IMG/VR virus record: IMGVR_UViG_3300025141_000092
Coordinates: 1-61,199 of that record
DNA from: a virus
Lineage: Duplodnaviria > Caudoviricetes
Reading direction: 5' to 3' (one strand)
DNA: 61,199 nucleotides
The position numbers were made by a program, and so were the translations under genes. The notes below the pieces were generated by a model. It was not told the DNA's origin, did no database searches, and worked only from the letters and a program-made list of their open reading frames with translations. This document shows positions 18,055 to 28,393 of the stretch, piece after piece (position 1 is the first letter of the stretch; every line of letters begins with the position of its first letter).

Positions 18055-21000
18055 TAATCCATCCTCTTAAGATCAAAAATGTTTGCTGATCTAAATCCTT
18101 TAATTGCAGAGCCATCATAAGCTTCAGCCCCAAGTTCTGTATTGTCTCCCGACCTATAAATCGTAGCTCTTTTAGGTCTTCCCGAGCCTCCTAAAGCGGC
18201 ATTTTTAGCATTCGCAAACGTATTAGCTGCAGACTCATCTAACATACATTGAGTTGGGTTATCATCTAAGAACTCTTTACAGTAATAAAATCCCGACATC
18301 GCAAGCCCCGTAGGGACAGCACCTAAAGGCGTAGCATCCCAATCACTAATTTTTAATAAATTCGGATATAGAGAGCTAAGAGAAGTACTTCCTACAGGGA
18401 CAATTGCTGACACTGGCGCAGACATATTGTAGCCCTGAGCAAACACTTGGTTTGCAGCCCCCGTCATCCAAGTTACGGGAACACCGTCGTGAGGGAAGGC
18501 TCCTTTATTGTAACCAAAAGTAGCATCATGTGCTAAGAATTTAGTGCATGAATTAGGTGAGAAGTAAATCCTAAAGACTCCTTGATTAAGGAAACTAGAT
18601 CCTGATGCTCCATACACAGTCTTTGGATTGAGAGTAAGGTTTCCTGCTGTTGCTAATCCTGCGCCACCTAAAAGTTTTTCAGTCTCATCATTTATATGTC
18701 CACTGACGGGGAAATATCGACCAAAAGGATCATTTACTCCCACTCCGCTAGGAACTAACCATAAACCAGACACAGAACCTCGACCAAAGGTGTCTAAAAC
18801 ACTCAATCTTCCTGTGTCTGGAGTCCCTGATGGAGCCCCAGAAGCAGGAACAGGAAGAAGCCCAGGGGATGTATAATCATCAGGGGCGAGGGCCGAGGTC
18901 CAGACCGCACTAGGGCCATGATAACCTACATCTGAAGGGTAACATCCACTTACAGAAGTAAAGGCTACCTTTAGTTCTGAATTATCAGCAATATTCCAAA
19001 TCATTAATCGGCTACAAGTGTCTCCGCTCGCATTGTAGTATGCCCCGTCCAGAGGACTATTAGCAGTTCCTATAGGGAAGTGAACGTTCGTAACATTTAC
19101 CTTGCTGCCATCCACTGCTCTAATACATACGCCACCCTGGGTAACATCTTCCAACTCTTCAGTGGACATTACCGCACCAGCTAAGAAATCTGTAGTAATA
19201 AGGTATTGATTGTTTCGTGTTTTTTCGGTAAACGTGGGGAACGGCATCCAACTGAATGCTCTCGCCGCATTTCCTGTTAAATCGTCTAAATAGTTGCTCG
19301 TAATTCCTGTTCGTATTTGAGGGTTAGGATAGAATTGAATGGAGCCATTCTTAATAAGACCACTTATATCAAGATTGTCATTAGTCTTATAATCTTGTGT
19401 CATAGTCATAAGCATTGTACGCCCATGAGAATATTCTCCCCAGAAATTGTGGTAATCCCCACAATCATTCATGTTAATAACAGAGTTGTGATTAGCAACC
19501 AAGCAGGCCCTAGTAGAATGAAGCTCTACGGAAGTGTGATTACCTGGAGCACTTAAATCGAATCCACTACCGTCTAATGCGTAAGTATCCCTAACGCGAG
19601 GTGGCCCAATATCGAGTACAGAATTATTTTCTACTAATGCATCCACTCCAAATTGAGCGATACAAGTGGGACCGTGCAAGCCTAGCTTTGAATTATTTTC
19701 TGCCGCAATACCTGCAACATACTGCTGCTTTTGGTACGCCGCAGGCCCAACTAAAACAGTAGCTCCATTTTTTGTGCCAAAGAATTCAGCTTCGGAGGAA
19801 TCTTTAGAGCGTAACAACATTCCAGGAGACACAGTTTTTAGAGCTACTTCTGCTGCGTCTCGGTACATTGTAGAGTGAATAAAGTTTGCATAAGAGTTGC
19901 TTTCTAGCGAAATCGCAGGAAGAATTCCAAACCCTATCCCCGTAGCATTGTTAACAACTCCATGGGCTCCACTAAAAATCATATGCCCATACTTTTCTGG
20001 AAGATGATTTTTTCTTTTTAATTCAAAGCTGGAGTTATTTCGCAGAACAATGTGCTGTCCATTCGCTCGGAAATCATACTGTTTTCTAGTAGCTTGGCCT
20101 GTGGTTATTCCAGGGCTTACGGAGTTTCCGTTAATAACAAATGTATTGTAAAGAATTTTTGAATTATCACAAACAAACCCTTCACTAGTATGATCTTCTA
20201 CGCAAATCTGCTCAACCTGTAGCTCTGTATTGTTAAGTTGAGAGCCTTTTTTGTTTCCGTAGATATCAAAAAGACCCTTGATATTTAACGAAGAGTTTTT
20301 AGCTATTAGACCATAGCCTGTATTAAGCTCCGTATTAATCATCCCCCCAGTGTATGGAAGAGCAGCAGCAGATCTAGCCAACCCGCCCTCCATTCGGCTA
20401 TTATGTAGATCAAATCCTACATAGTTTCTAGACATAGAAAACACAGTATCATACCCTGACGCAGGAAGGTCTAGTCCTGGGTTGTGTGCGTATGGTGGAC
20501 GTAGCTCAGTATTAGTAGCGTGAGTACCTGAGACCACAGCACTTAAAGTAATATGGCTATTAAACGCTTGTAAGCCTGCACCTTTTTCAGTAACTCTAGT
20601 GTTAGTCGTATCTCGGGAATAATTTCTATAAGAAAATGCAGATCTAGATAAAGTTACATTAGAATTTTGCAAGTAGAAGCCTGCATTGTTACATCTTACG
20701 GCTGTGCAATTCTCTAGTACAACATCCGAATCGCTGACCTCAATTCCATTATCTCGGCCTCCTCCTCCAATCGCTGATTCTCCGTCTACAAAGAAATTTC
20801 TAATATAGATAGGACCTACGCAATTTCGTATACTTAACTTATAAAGAGAATTACCATAAATATTTCCTCCTGCCTTCGTTGTATCTACAACAGGGACGCT
20901 TCGTAATAATCGCGCACCTGTAAACTGATTGACCGCACTAACATCATTGATAGCTAATTGGGTGTCTGTGTCTGATTGCTCGTATGTTTGAATCCCAAAT

Positions 21001-21716
21001 ACTCCCGCTGTACCAGGAAGGAACGTAGCTGAAGCATTTTTAATGCCTACATTTAAGCATCCAACTCTATCAGTGAATTGTGGGTAAAGAACACTGTTCA
21101 CAGCACTATAGCGATAAAGGGCATCCCTCCCCCCTCCATTATTAACAGTACTGCTAATACTAAGTGCTGAAATGGAACAATCTTCGGAGGTCCCAGAGAA
21201 TAGAGTTCCACTAACATCTCCTGATTCATAAGAAGTAAGTAGTGTATTACCTCCAACACTAGCTACTGATTTTACTAAAGAAGATGAGGTGTAGTCTCGT
21301 ACAAAGTTTCTATTTATAATTTCAATAGACCCCTTCTCCTCAAGTCGGAAATCATGTAGCTCTAAAGCTCCCAGATCCCCAAAGTTAGCCACTTCTATAA
21401 GGACGGGAAATCTAATAACTTTAGGGAGCGCGGCAATACATGAGCTTACTGTTGTGAATATTCTTGAATTTGCTTGGAGATCTGCCGTGGGTGCGCTTCC
21501 CGAAACAACTAAAGACATTCCAGGAACGGCAGACGTTGGAAAGCCTTGTTGCTCCCAAAGCTCATAAGTCCTCTCCTCTAGGTCATACAAAGGAACATTA
21601 TCTTCTTCCCAATTGTAAAAGGTACTAGTATCAAACTTGGACACATAAGGAGTCCAAGAATTAAATAAGGGAGTGCTTCCGCTTGATGTGTATATGTCAC
21701 CTCGTATAAATACCAT
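18054..21716 (-). CDS. Putative tailspike with right-handed beta-helix repeats
   Basis: Periodic G-hydrophobic...N-S pattern (GIEVSDSDVVLENCTAV, GFYLQNSNVTL, GLQAFNSHITL); located in the tail module. Confidence 0.65.
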   Translation of the reverse strand: MVFIRGDIYTSSGSTPLFNSWTPYVSKFDTSTFYNWEEDNVPLYDLEERTYELWEQQGFPTSAVPGMSLVVSGSAPTADLQANSRIFTTVSSCIAALPKVIRFPVLIEVANFGDLGALELHDFRLEEKGSIEIINRNFVRDYTSSSLVKSVASVGGNTLLTSYESGDVSGTLFSGTSEDCSISALSISSTVNNGGGRDALYRYSAVNSVLYPQFTDRVGCLNVGIKNASATFLPGTAGVFGIQTYEQSDTDTQLAINDVSAVNQFTGARLLRSVPVVDTTKAGGNIYGNSLYKLSIRNCVGPIYIRNFFVDGESAIGGGGRDNGIEVSDSDVVLENCTAVRCNNAGFYLQNSNVTLSRSAFSYRNYSRDTTNTRVTEKGAGLQAFNSHITLSAVVSGTHATNTELRPPYAHNPGLDLPASGYDTVFSMSRNYVGFDLHNSRMEGGLARSAAALPYTGGMINTELNTGYGLIAKNSSLNIKGLFDIYGNKKGSQLNNTELQVEQICVEDHTSEGFVCDNSKILYNTFVINGNSVSPGITTGQATRKQYDFRANGQHIVLRNNSSFELKRKNHLPEKYGHMIFSGAHGVVNNATGIGFGILPAISLESNSYANFIHSTMYRDAAEVALKTVSPGMLLRSKDSSEAEFFGTKNGATVLVGPAAYQKQQYVAGIAAENNSKLGLHGPTCIAQFGVDALVENNSVLDIGPPRVRDTYALDGSGFDLSAPGNHTSVELHSTRACLVANHNSVINMNDCGDYHNFWGEYSHGRTMLMTMTQDYKTNDNLDISGLIKNGSIQFYPNPQIRTGITSNYLDDLTGNAARAFSWMPFPTFTEKTRNNQYLITTDFLAGAVMSTEELEDVTQGGVCIRAVDGSKVNVTNVHFPIGTANSPLDGAYYNASGDTCSRLMIWNIADNSELKVAFTSVSGCYPSDVGYHGPSAVWTSALAPDDYTSPGLLPVPASGAPSGTPDTGRLSVLDTFGRGSVSGLWLVPSGVGVNDPFGRYFPVSGHINDETEKLLGGAGLATAGNLTLNPKTVYGASGSSFLNQGVFRIYFSPNSCTKFLAHDATFGYNKGAFPHDGVPVTWMTGAANQVFAQGYNMSAPVSAIVPVGSTSLSSLYPNLLKISDWDATPLGAVPTGLAMSGFYYCKEFLDDNPTQCMLDESAANTFANAKNAALGGSGRPKRATIYRSGDNTELGAEAYDGSAIKGFRSANIFDLKRMD

Positions 21717-21717
21717 A

Positions 21718-22344
21718 TCAGAAATTAATTGTCCATCTAAATATTAAACTAAAATCACTAGTTTTTTCTATTGCAGTAAATGTTCGATATGCCGCTAACA
21801 TAGAACTATCGGCATCCGTTGTCCCAAAAGGATTCTTTAAAAATAGTCCCACTTCAGATAAATATCCTGTATTCCCTAATGAATCTACTAAACCATTTGC
21901 ACATTCTTCATCCGCTACTAAAGTATACCTCACGGAAGTATCACTAATTTTAGTAATCTTACCTGCTGGTACTAACGCGAATGCTATATTATTACCCCAA
22001 GCACCTATAGGACGAATTAAATTTGCTTCCTCTATAAAGAGATTACTCCCTCCTCCATATTGAGATTTAGTAATAGCCCCTGAAAGTTGATAAGTACTAC
22101 TAACCTCTAAAACATCCGTTGCTACTCCAGTAGCTCGACCTGAAGTGCCTAACTGAAATCTATCAATTTGATAATCTAAAATTGAGTTAGAACCAGATCC
22201 TGTAAACAATGCAGCTAATCCCGTCCCCATTCCTGAAACAATAATATTATGATCATCAAATACCACTTCTTCCTGACCATCAGTATATTGTTTAATGATA
22301 GTAAGGTGTCCTGTAATTCCCATTTCTTCTGTAAAACTTTTCAT
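21718..22344 (-). CDS. Baseplate wedge/tail-collar-like protein
   Basis: HNIIVSG, SEVGLF and RTF...KTSDFSLIFRWTINF pattern typical of myophage baseplate/fibre-attachment proteins. Confidence 0.6.
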   Translation of the reverse strand: MKSFTEEMGITGHLTIIKQYTDGQEEVVFDDHNIIVSGMGTGLAALFTGSGSNSILDYQIDRFQLGTSGRATGVATDVLEVSSTYQLSGAITKSQYGGGSNLFIEEANLIRPIGAWGNNIAFALVPAGKITKISDTSVRYTLVADEECANGLVDSLGNTGYLSEVGLFLKNPFGTTDADSSMLAAYRTFTAIEKTSDFSLIFRWTINF

Positions 22345-23534
22345 GTGGCTAATTGATTAAAATATATTCTCCATTTTATAACTAGGTTTTCGTAGTTATC
22401 TAAGGCAGGATAGATAGTTCCTGCGGTACCTGTTTGAACAGTTCTAGCATAACCCAGATTTTTTGTCAACGATTTAGTAGAAAACAGTCTATACTTCCTA
22501 GGATTATTTAGGGGATCAAAGGAATAAGGGGGAGTATTTCCTTCTTGAAGTGTTTTACCTACATCAATAGTCCAAAGTCCCATATTATATATGCCTCCAT
22601 ACAATGTTGCCATAGCCAAATCATCTGCGCCTATACCAACGATATGAACAACCTCTCCTGTGCTGGACCACGACATATTGGAGTCTACACTTGCGGATAA
22701 GGTGAGCCCACTAAAAGCACTACTTAAACCGTATCCGTCTGGATGCCCTCCGTCTGTATTAGGTACACTGGACATAATCATATTCACAAAGCCTGAAGTG
22801 TCCATAGACGATGCTTCATTGAAATGACCAGTAAAGGTTCGACTATAACACACATCCCCAGGAACGAAGTCTGTACCCGAAAATCCAGATACCCCCGTAC
22901 CTCCTGCCCCGCTCCCTTCGGGCCAACAGCCTATAAATGATGCAGCTACACTAGAAAGAGAAGAAAGATCTGTGTTTAGGAGTCGAGCGTAGTGATACTC
23001 TCTAGGGATGAGATTTAAGTTCTGTCCATTACCTGCGATAACCGAACTGACTGGGATAGCTCCTACGATTGCGGATACATCACTTTGTACTTCAAGCCCA
23101 GACAGAGCGGGGTTAGGAGGACTTGTTAACGCTGGAACAGGGTTATATGATTGTGCTAAACCACCTACTGGATCACCGTCATTATTTGCGCTATCTCCTC
23201 CATATTGAAGATATAAGCAGAGAGCCGAGGCTCCTCTAAACCGTGAGCCAGTATTTCCTGAAAGTAAAAGAGCTTTATTTTCCAAGTACTCGTGAGCGTT
23301 ATTTTGATAAGAACTAGCAGCAGTACCAAAAGATATTGCAGCAATTCGATAGTTTGATGCATCCAATATAGAGCTAGTATTTTTATCTGTGTTCCAATCA
23401 GAATTGCCTAAAGAAGACACTGACGGGGATATACTCATTATGTCAGCTAGGAGTTCACTAGCTCCATCCATGATGAGATTACTCTCCCTTAAAAGAAGCT
23501 TGTCTCCTGAGTAAACTTCAATCTGGCCTCTCAT
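22341..23534 (-). CDS. Baseplate wedge/tail-collar-like protein (paralogue of the neighbouring gene)
   Basis: NLIMDG...ISFGT...MGLW...LVIKWRIYF parallels 21718-22344. Confidence 0.55.
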   Translation of the reverse strand: MRGQIEVYSGDKLLLRESNLIMDGASELLADIMSISPSVSSLGNSDWNTDKNTSSILDASNYRIAAISFGTAASSYQNNAHEYLENKALLLSGNTGSRFRGASALCLYLQYGGDSANNDGDPVGGLAQSYNPVPALTSPPNPALSGLEVQSDVSAIVGAIPVSSVIAGNGQNLNLIPREYHYARLLNTDLSSLSSVAASFIGCWPEGSGAGGTGVSGFSGTDFVPGDVCYSRTFTGHFNEASSMDTSGFVNMIMSSVPNTDGGHPDGYGLSSAFSGLTLSASVDSNMSWSSTGEVVHIVGIGADDLAMATLYGGIYNMGLWTIDVGKTLQEGNTPPYSFDPLNNPRKYRLFSTKSLTKNLGYARTVQTGTAGTIYPALDNYENLVIKWRIYFNQLAT

Positions 23535-26500
23535 CAGTTACGCACCTCCAAATCAATTAGTTGGTCGGTCTTAGGCGTAGCGTGAGCCTTGGCATCGGCG
23601 ACTGCATAAGGCATCCAGTAAGGATGAAGTCTGTAGTTGATGCGGCTTCCTCCACGATGCTCCATAATGGTAGACGTAATATCCTTATCCCTAGATGCAT
23701 ACGTAGTAGCGTACATACCTACCCCTGACCCCATAAGCCCTGTAAAGAATTTTAATACGTTTTGCACTTCGTCTCTCTCTAACTCTAATTTATCTTCTTT
23801 TACAAATGGACGCAGCGGCGTCCCTTTGGTTTTAATCCCATACCCCGTTCCTATCCCTGCGTTATCCCTTTGAGTCTCATCATATAATTGAATATTATCA
23901 ATTAATAGATATTTATTATAATCAACTGTAGGCATCAGAAAAACTTCCACATAATAGTTGGTCGCAGAAGTATGAACCCCATCATCGAATTTGTACACCT
24001 CTTCAGGAACAGGAATAACCTGTGAATATTCCATATTATTATAGATGGAATAGTTTCTAGTATCAAATTTAATTTTTATCTTACTTAAATCTCTGCTTGT
24101 TAGATCAAGTAAAGACGCATTATTCACAGTATCCGAGCCGTAAACATCTATATTTCCCAAACACCTGTACGTTTCGTCCTCTCTTTCTCTCTTTCTCTTA
24201 TATTCAAATGAATGGATGAAAGCTAGATTTTGTGTTACTTCTCTAATACTTAAATCTGATTCTTTATGGAAAATCCATCTACCATCTACGAGGCGATTAC
24301 TTTCAGTAACATAAGGAGAACTGTTAGGCACAAAACTCCACATATACCCAGAGGTAGCATTAGTGTGGATCCAAACACCCATACGTTCCCCTCCTGTATC
24401 GTATCTATTATCATCTCCTACTAAAGCACTAATGCATAAAGAGAATGTGTGATCTTGAATAAAGTAATTCCTTCTTGGACCATAAGACGATAAATCAAAT
24501 CTTACTCTCGGTAATCCTCCATGAGACTTTTGCTTAATTACTGTATTCTGAATTAAAAAATTCTCTTGCTCTGGTACAGCAAAAGAGGGATCTAATTTAA
24601 AGATTCTAAATTCATTAGACGAAGGGGCTCCTGAAGTTTGTACAAATTCAATACCGCTAAGAATCTTAGCATTTCTAAACTCTGCGTTAAGATCTTTTCC
24701 TGGGATAAACGTCCCCGACATAGGAAGAACGTATTGGTCACTAGCACTAGCAATGTAAGTTCCAGAGGCATAACCATTAGGCGTATCCACGGCGTACACA
24801 GCAGATGTGGAGAATACCCCTGAAGCTCCTCCGTTAATAGGGATCGACGAGTTTATGCTAGAAGCTATAAAGCTTCCCTGCAGCGTCGGAGAAACATATT
24901 TTCCCTTTATAGAGAAATCACAATTGTATAAACCCTGTCCAAATATGTGGGCAAAGATATTAGGACCTGTATTATACATCTCATTTCTACCTAAAGCATG
25001 TCGATTATAGTAGAAGCAGTAGTCAGCAAAGGTTTTATGAAGTCCTCTACCGAACTTGAAGTCTCTATAGATATCAAAAGTGTCCCCAGTATACCCACTT
25101 GCGATTCCCGAATTTGCTAGAGATTGCTCCATATTACGCCAATCTGCGCTCGCAGAATATGCCGAGGGGTCACTAGCAATTAGATTCTTTGCCATCTCCA
25201 GAGCTTGACGCTCATATAGCTTATGCATGGTTGCGTATATTGGAGGTAGTTGGCCTCTATCTTGATGATGCGCTTGGCCTCCCTCTGTGGTTATGATGTA
25301 CACATCAGCATAATCACTTGAGTGATTCCAGAAGTTAGAATCATCTCCATACGCATAGGAAACAGGTAAATTAAAGTAATTCGCGGCTGAGGTAGCTGTA
25401 CCAGTAACATCAAATACAAGCCTCTCAGATGCATTAGTCGTAGGGGCTGTGCTAATTATTGCTATCTTATCTCCACTCTTTAAGTTGATTGGATTAAAGG
25501 TTCCATTTGGATTAGTATGTAAACTTGTTCCCGCTTGGTTAGTAGTACTGACACGGATAATGGTAGAATCCATATCAGTAGAATCATTCATGTTTAAACC
25601 CCCAGCCGCAGGTGTTCCCCATGCCGCAAATTTAAAGTTTCCTATGTTTGTCCACCTCTTCTCACCCAGTCCAAGAAGGGGAGAAGAGCTTAGTCCACGG
25701 TAGGGGTACGTCCTGCTCGTAGGAGCCCCTGAGAAGCTCCGTGGTGAGCCCAAATCCTCACACTGATGCCAAACGCCTGACAGAGTTCCTACGTCGTGGA
25801 TGGGATAGAAGGCGTTAGCTGAGTAGAGATACCCAAGAGTAAGTTCTCCTAAGCCTGACGCTGGTTCCTCTCCTCCTCGTAGACCAAATTCCATAGTGGA
25901 AGTATCCCAATTGACGGGACCGTTAAATCCTCCTCGATCATGGTATCCCTCCTGAGGTAAGAGGAACCTATAATTTCTTCGCCTTAAAGCTCTGCGGGGA
26001 ACATTGGTAAGTGCTAAGGAAGACGAGATTAAATCGTCAGGAAATACATCAACATCTCCTCGCTTAAAGGTATTGAATTGATCTCTTCCATGATGTGATC
26101 CTGGAGGGCCTCCCATATCAACACCACTCGTTTCAAAACCTGCCAAAACAGAAGAGGTACCTAGTTTAGGAAATCCGTTATCCCCTTTATTTAAAGAAAC
26201 ATAATCCCAGTTCGTAGCGGAAAAAGATAGAGTCTCAGAAGCACTTGCATTAATATTGATGCGAGGAATAGCGTGCGCAGGAACAAACCTCTTTATAATT
26301 CTAGCAGCCTCATAAAGAGCAGTCTTAGAGTCTCCTTCTAAGGTAGTCTTAGCAAAATTAAAGTCCGTATTATCATAATCAACGAAAAGGTGAGAAGATT
26401 TTCCATTCCACAATCCTAAAACATTATAAGTATACTTAGAAATGTTCCATAAAATCTTATCATAGTTTGGAGGTAAGTGAGAAGAAGTATCAAAGAAGAG

Positions 26501-28393
26501 CCACTCATTAAGACTGCCTAAATTAGAACTCGCTGTGACCGTACTGCTTAAAATATAGTCATGCATTTGGTCCCTAAACGGATTCTGTACACCGAAACAT
26601 TTTAAGCGATTCATTAAAAACGCCAACATGTCCGCAGTCATAGAACAATCACGGTAATATTTCTCCTCCTCAAACGGGGGAATGGGAAAGTTCTTTTGTT
26701 GACGGAAAGAAAAAACAAAATAAGGATCACCCGTTGCTGATAAATACGTGGGTCTAGTATCGGTGGGGTGTTCTTCCCCTGCCATGTAAACTCCAGGTCC
26801 GAAAGGTCCGTAACTTATTGCGGCTTGAAACTGTCTCCACTCTTTGTGCTGTTTTGCTTGCTCTCCTAAAGCCTTAAAGCGTCTACTTGAGCGCGGATGA
26901 AAGTGATACGGTTTAGCGTTTGGTTCATAAATTGTAGTATACAAGTCTCCTGCGGTGCCGTCTTTATTAACCGTTACAAACCTATAGACTGGAAACTTAT
27001 CTCCAAAGAAGATAAAGTGGTCTGGGTATGCCTTATAAAGATCTAGAAGAATATAATCAACAGTAAGTTTGATATTATCCACTAAGCTACTAGGAGAGAA
27101 TGTATACACTCCTGCCCTATTGGCTTTAGCTTGCGTCCAACTCGTCATCTTGGAGAAATGAGGACTTTCCGTTGCGAGCGCGTACCAACATAAGAAAGGA
27201 ATATAGGATTCCCATAACTCCTGCACGTTTCCTGAAACATCAAATACTGAATTTTTGATTAGAGAATTTACTACATACTGAATACTATCTAAAGTTCCCT
27301 TTCTCTTATAAACCTCTACCGCATTCCGTAACTGCTGTCGCCACTTATCAGTTGAGTGTCCAAATAACTTCCACCCAATTAACTGAGCCGTATACTCTAA
27401 AAAGTTATCAGGGACATTTTCAATGTCATAGATCAAGCCTAGGCTATCCACTTGATCCATAATATCTGTCATACTATATCCGATAGCTTCTAAAAATTTA
27501 CGATGGGGGCCTTTGGAGGTTTGATCTACAATGTAAGTCCCCGCATCCATAAAATCGTTAAAAGTATTCTGGACCTTATAGTCCTGCGAATCGATATACA
27601 GGGGTGAATATACGATGTCTGCCATCGTCTCTAACTTCTCTAATTGCTGGTTTCCGCTAGTGTATAAAGCCGTACCAGAAATAAGATCAGGAGGTATAGC
27701 AGTAATTTCTCCAAAGAGAGAACTCATGCCGTAGTTTCTCCAAATCAGATTCATTAATCCCTTCACCCCATCTACAGTAGTGAACGAGTCTCCTAAATAC
27801 ACTCTATTAAATGCGGACAGAACATAGGAAGAGGGATCCCAATCTCTATTAAGATCAGCCCCTCCTGAGGTATTAAGGAAATAAAACCACCCTAAAGCAT
27901 CCGTTAAATAATTATGAACCGCACTAGGCTCAGAGTTTCCATTTAACGCTGAAACAACTGTAATGTTCTCAATTAAACTGTTGGTGTCATTTTGGATAAT
28001 GGGAAGGAGGGTCCCAGAGAGGTATTCCTCAAATCCCGCGCTCGTTGTGAACTCGGTAATACTTCTTCCTAAGGGATTTAGAATTTTAGTCTCTAAAATA
28101 TAAGGAGATAGTTTAGTAAGCTCATTTTGTTTTACAAAATATTGCGATATACCTGAGATATTATTTAGACTAGAGGTTTGTGAATACGGGACCGCTGAAA
28201 TGGGAAGAATTTGTGATATATTATTTGCAACTCTAACATTTGCATTAATTAATTGAGAAGCTACGCCTACTCCCTTCCCACTCATAGTGAGGTCTTCTGT
28301 TTGATAAACCTCGGGAGTAAGCTGTTCGAGAATATCAACAAAATTTCTTTTTGCGTATGTTCTCTTATTGGGAGTAAATCGACTCTCGCCCAT
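23534..28393 (-). CDS. Large baseplate wedge protein (gp7/P2 gpI-like domain)
   Basis: IYDIENVPDNFLEYTAQLIGW, YKRKGTLDSI and IKRFVPAHA motifs; follows gp6. Confidence 0.7.
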   Translation of the reverse strand: MGESRFTPNKRTYAKRNFVDILEQLTPEVYQTEDLTMSGKGVGVASQLINANVRVANNISQILPISAVPYSQTSSLNNISGISQYFVKQNELTKLSPYILETKILNPLGRSITEFTTSAGFEEYLSGTLLPIIQNDTNSLIENITVVSALNGNSEPSAVHNYLTDALGWFYFLNTSGGADLNRDWDPSSYVLSAFNRVYLGDSFTTVDGVKGLMNLIWRNYGMSSLFGEITAIPPDLISGTALYTSGNQQLEKLETMADIVYSPLYIDSQDYKVQNTFNDFMDAGTYIVDQTSKGPHRKFLEAIGYSMTDIMDQVDSLGLIYDIENVPDNFLEYTAQLIGWKLFGHSTDKWRQQLRNAVEVYKRKGTLDSIQYVVNSLIKNSVFDVSGNVQELWESYIPFLCWYALATESPHFSKMTSWTQAKANRAGVYTFSPSSLVDNIKLTVDYILLDLYKAYPDHFIFFGDKFPVYRFVTVNKDGTAGDLYTTIYEPNAKPYHFHPRSSRRFKALGEQAKQHKEWRQFQAAISYGPFGPGVYMAGEEHPTDTRPTYLSATGDPYFVFSFRQQKNFPIPPFEEEKYYRDCSMTADMLAFLMNRLKCFGVQNPFRDQMHDYILSSTVTASSNLGSLNEWLFFDTSSHLPPNYDKILWNISKYTYNVLGLWNGKSSHLFVDYDNTDFNFAKTTLEGDSKTALYEAARIIKRFVPAHAIPRININASASETLSFSATNWDYVSLNKGDNGFPKLGTSSVLAGFETSGVDMGGPPGSHHGRDQFNTFKRGDVDVFPDDLISSSLALTNVPRRALRRRNYRFLLPQEGYHDRGGFNGPVNWDTSTMEFGLRGGEEPASGLGELTLGYLYSANAFYPIHDVGTLSGVWHQCEDLGSPRSFSGAPTSRTYPYRGLSSSPLLGLGEKRWTNIGNFKFAAWGTPAAGGLNMNDSTDMDSTIIRVSTTNQAGTSLHTNPNGTFNPINLKSGDKIAIISTAPTTNASERLVFDVTGTATSAANYFNLPVSYAYGDDSNFWNHSSDYADVYIITTEGGQAHHQDRGQLPPIYATMHKLYERQALEMAKNLIASDPSAYSASADWRNMEQSLANSGIASGYTGDTFDIYRDFKFGRGLHKTFADYCFYYNRHALGRNEMYNTGPNIFAHIFGQGLYNCDFSIKGKYVSPTLQGSFIASSINSSIPINGGASGVFSTSAVYAVDTPNGYASGTYIASASDQYVLPMSGTFIPGKDLNAEFRNAKILSGIEFVQTSGAPSSNEFRIFKLDPSFAVPEQENFLIQNTVIKQKSHGGLPRVRFDLSSYGPRRNYFIQDHTFSLCISALVGDDNRYDTGGERMGVWIHTNATSGYMWSFVPNSSPYVTESNRLVDGRWIFHKESDLSIREVTQNLAFIHSFEYKRKREREDETYRCLGNIDVYGSDTVNNASLLDLTSRDLSKIKIKFDTRNYSIYNNMEYSQVIPVPEEVYKFDDGVHTSATNYYVEVFLMPTVDYNKYLLIDNIQLYDETQRDNAGIGTGYGIKTKGTPLRPFVKEDKLELERDEVQNVLKFFTGLMGSGVGMYATTYASRDKDITSTIMEHRGGSRINYRLHPYWMPYAVADAKAHATPKTDQLIDLEVRN

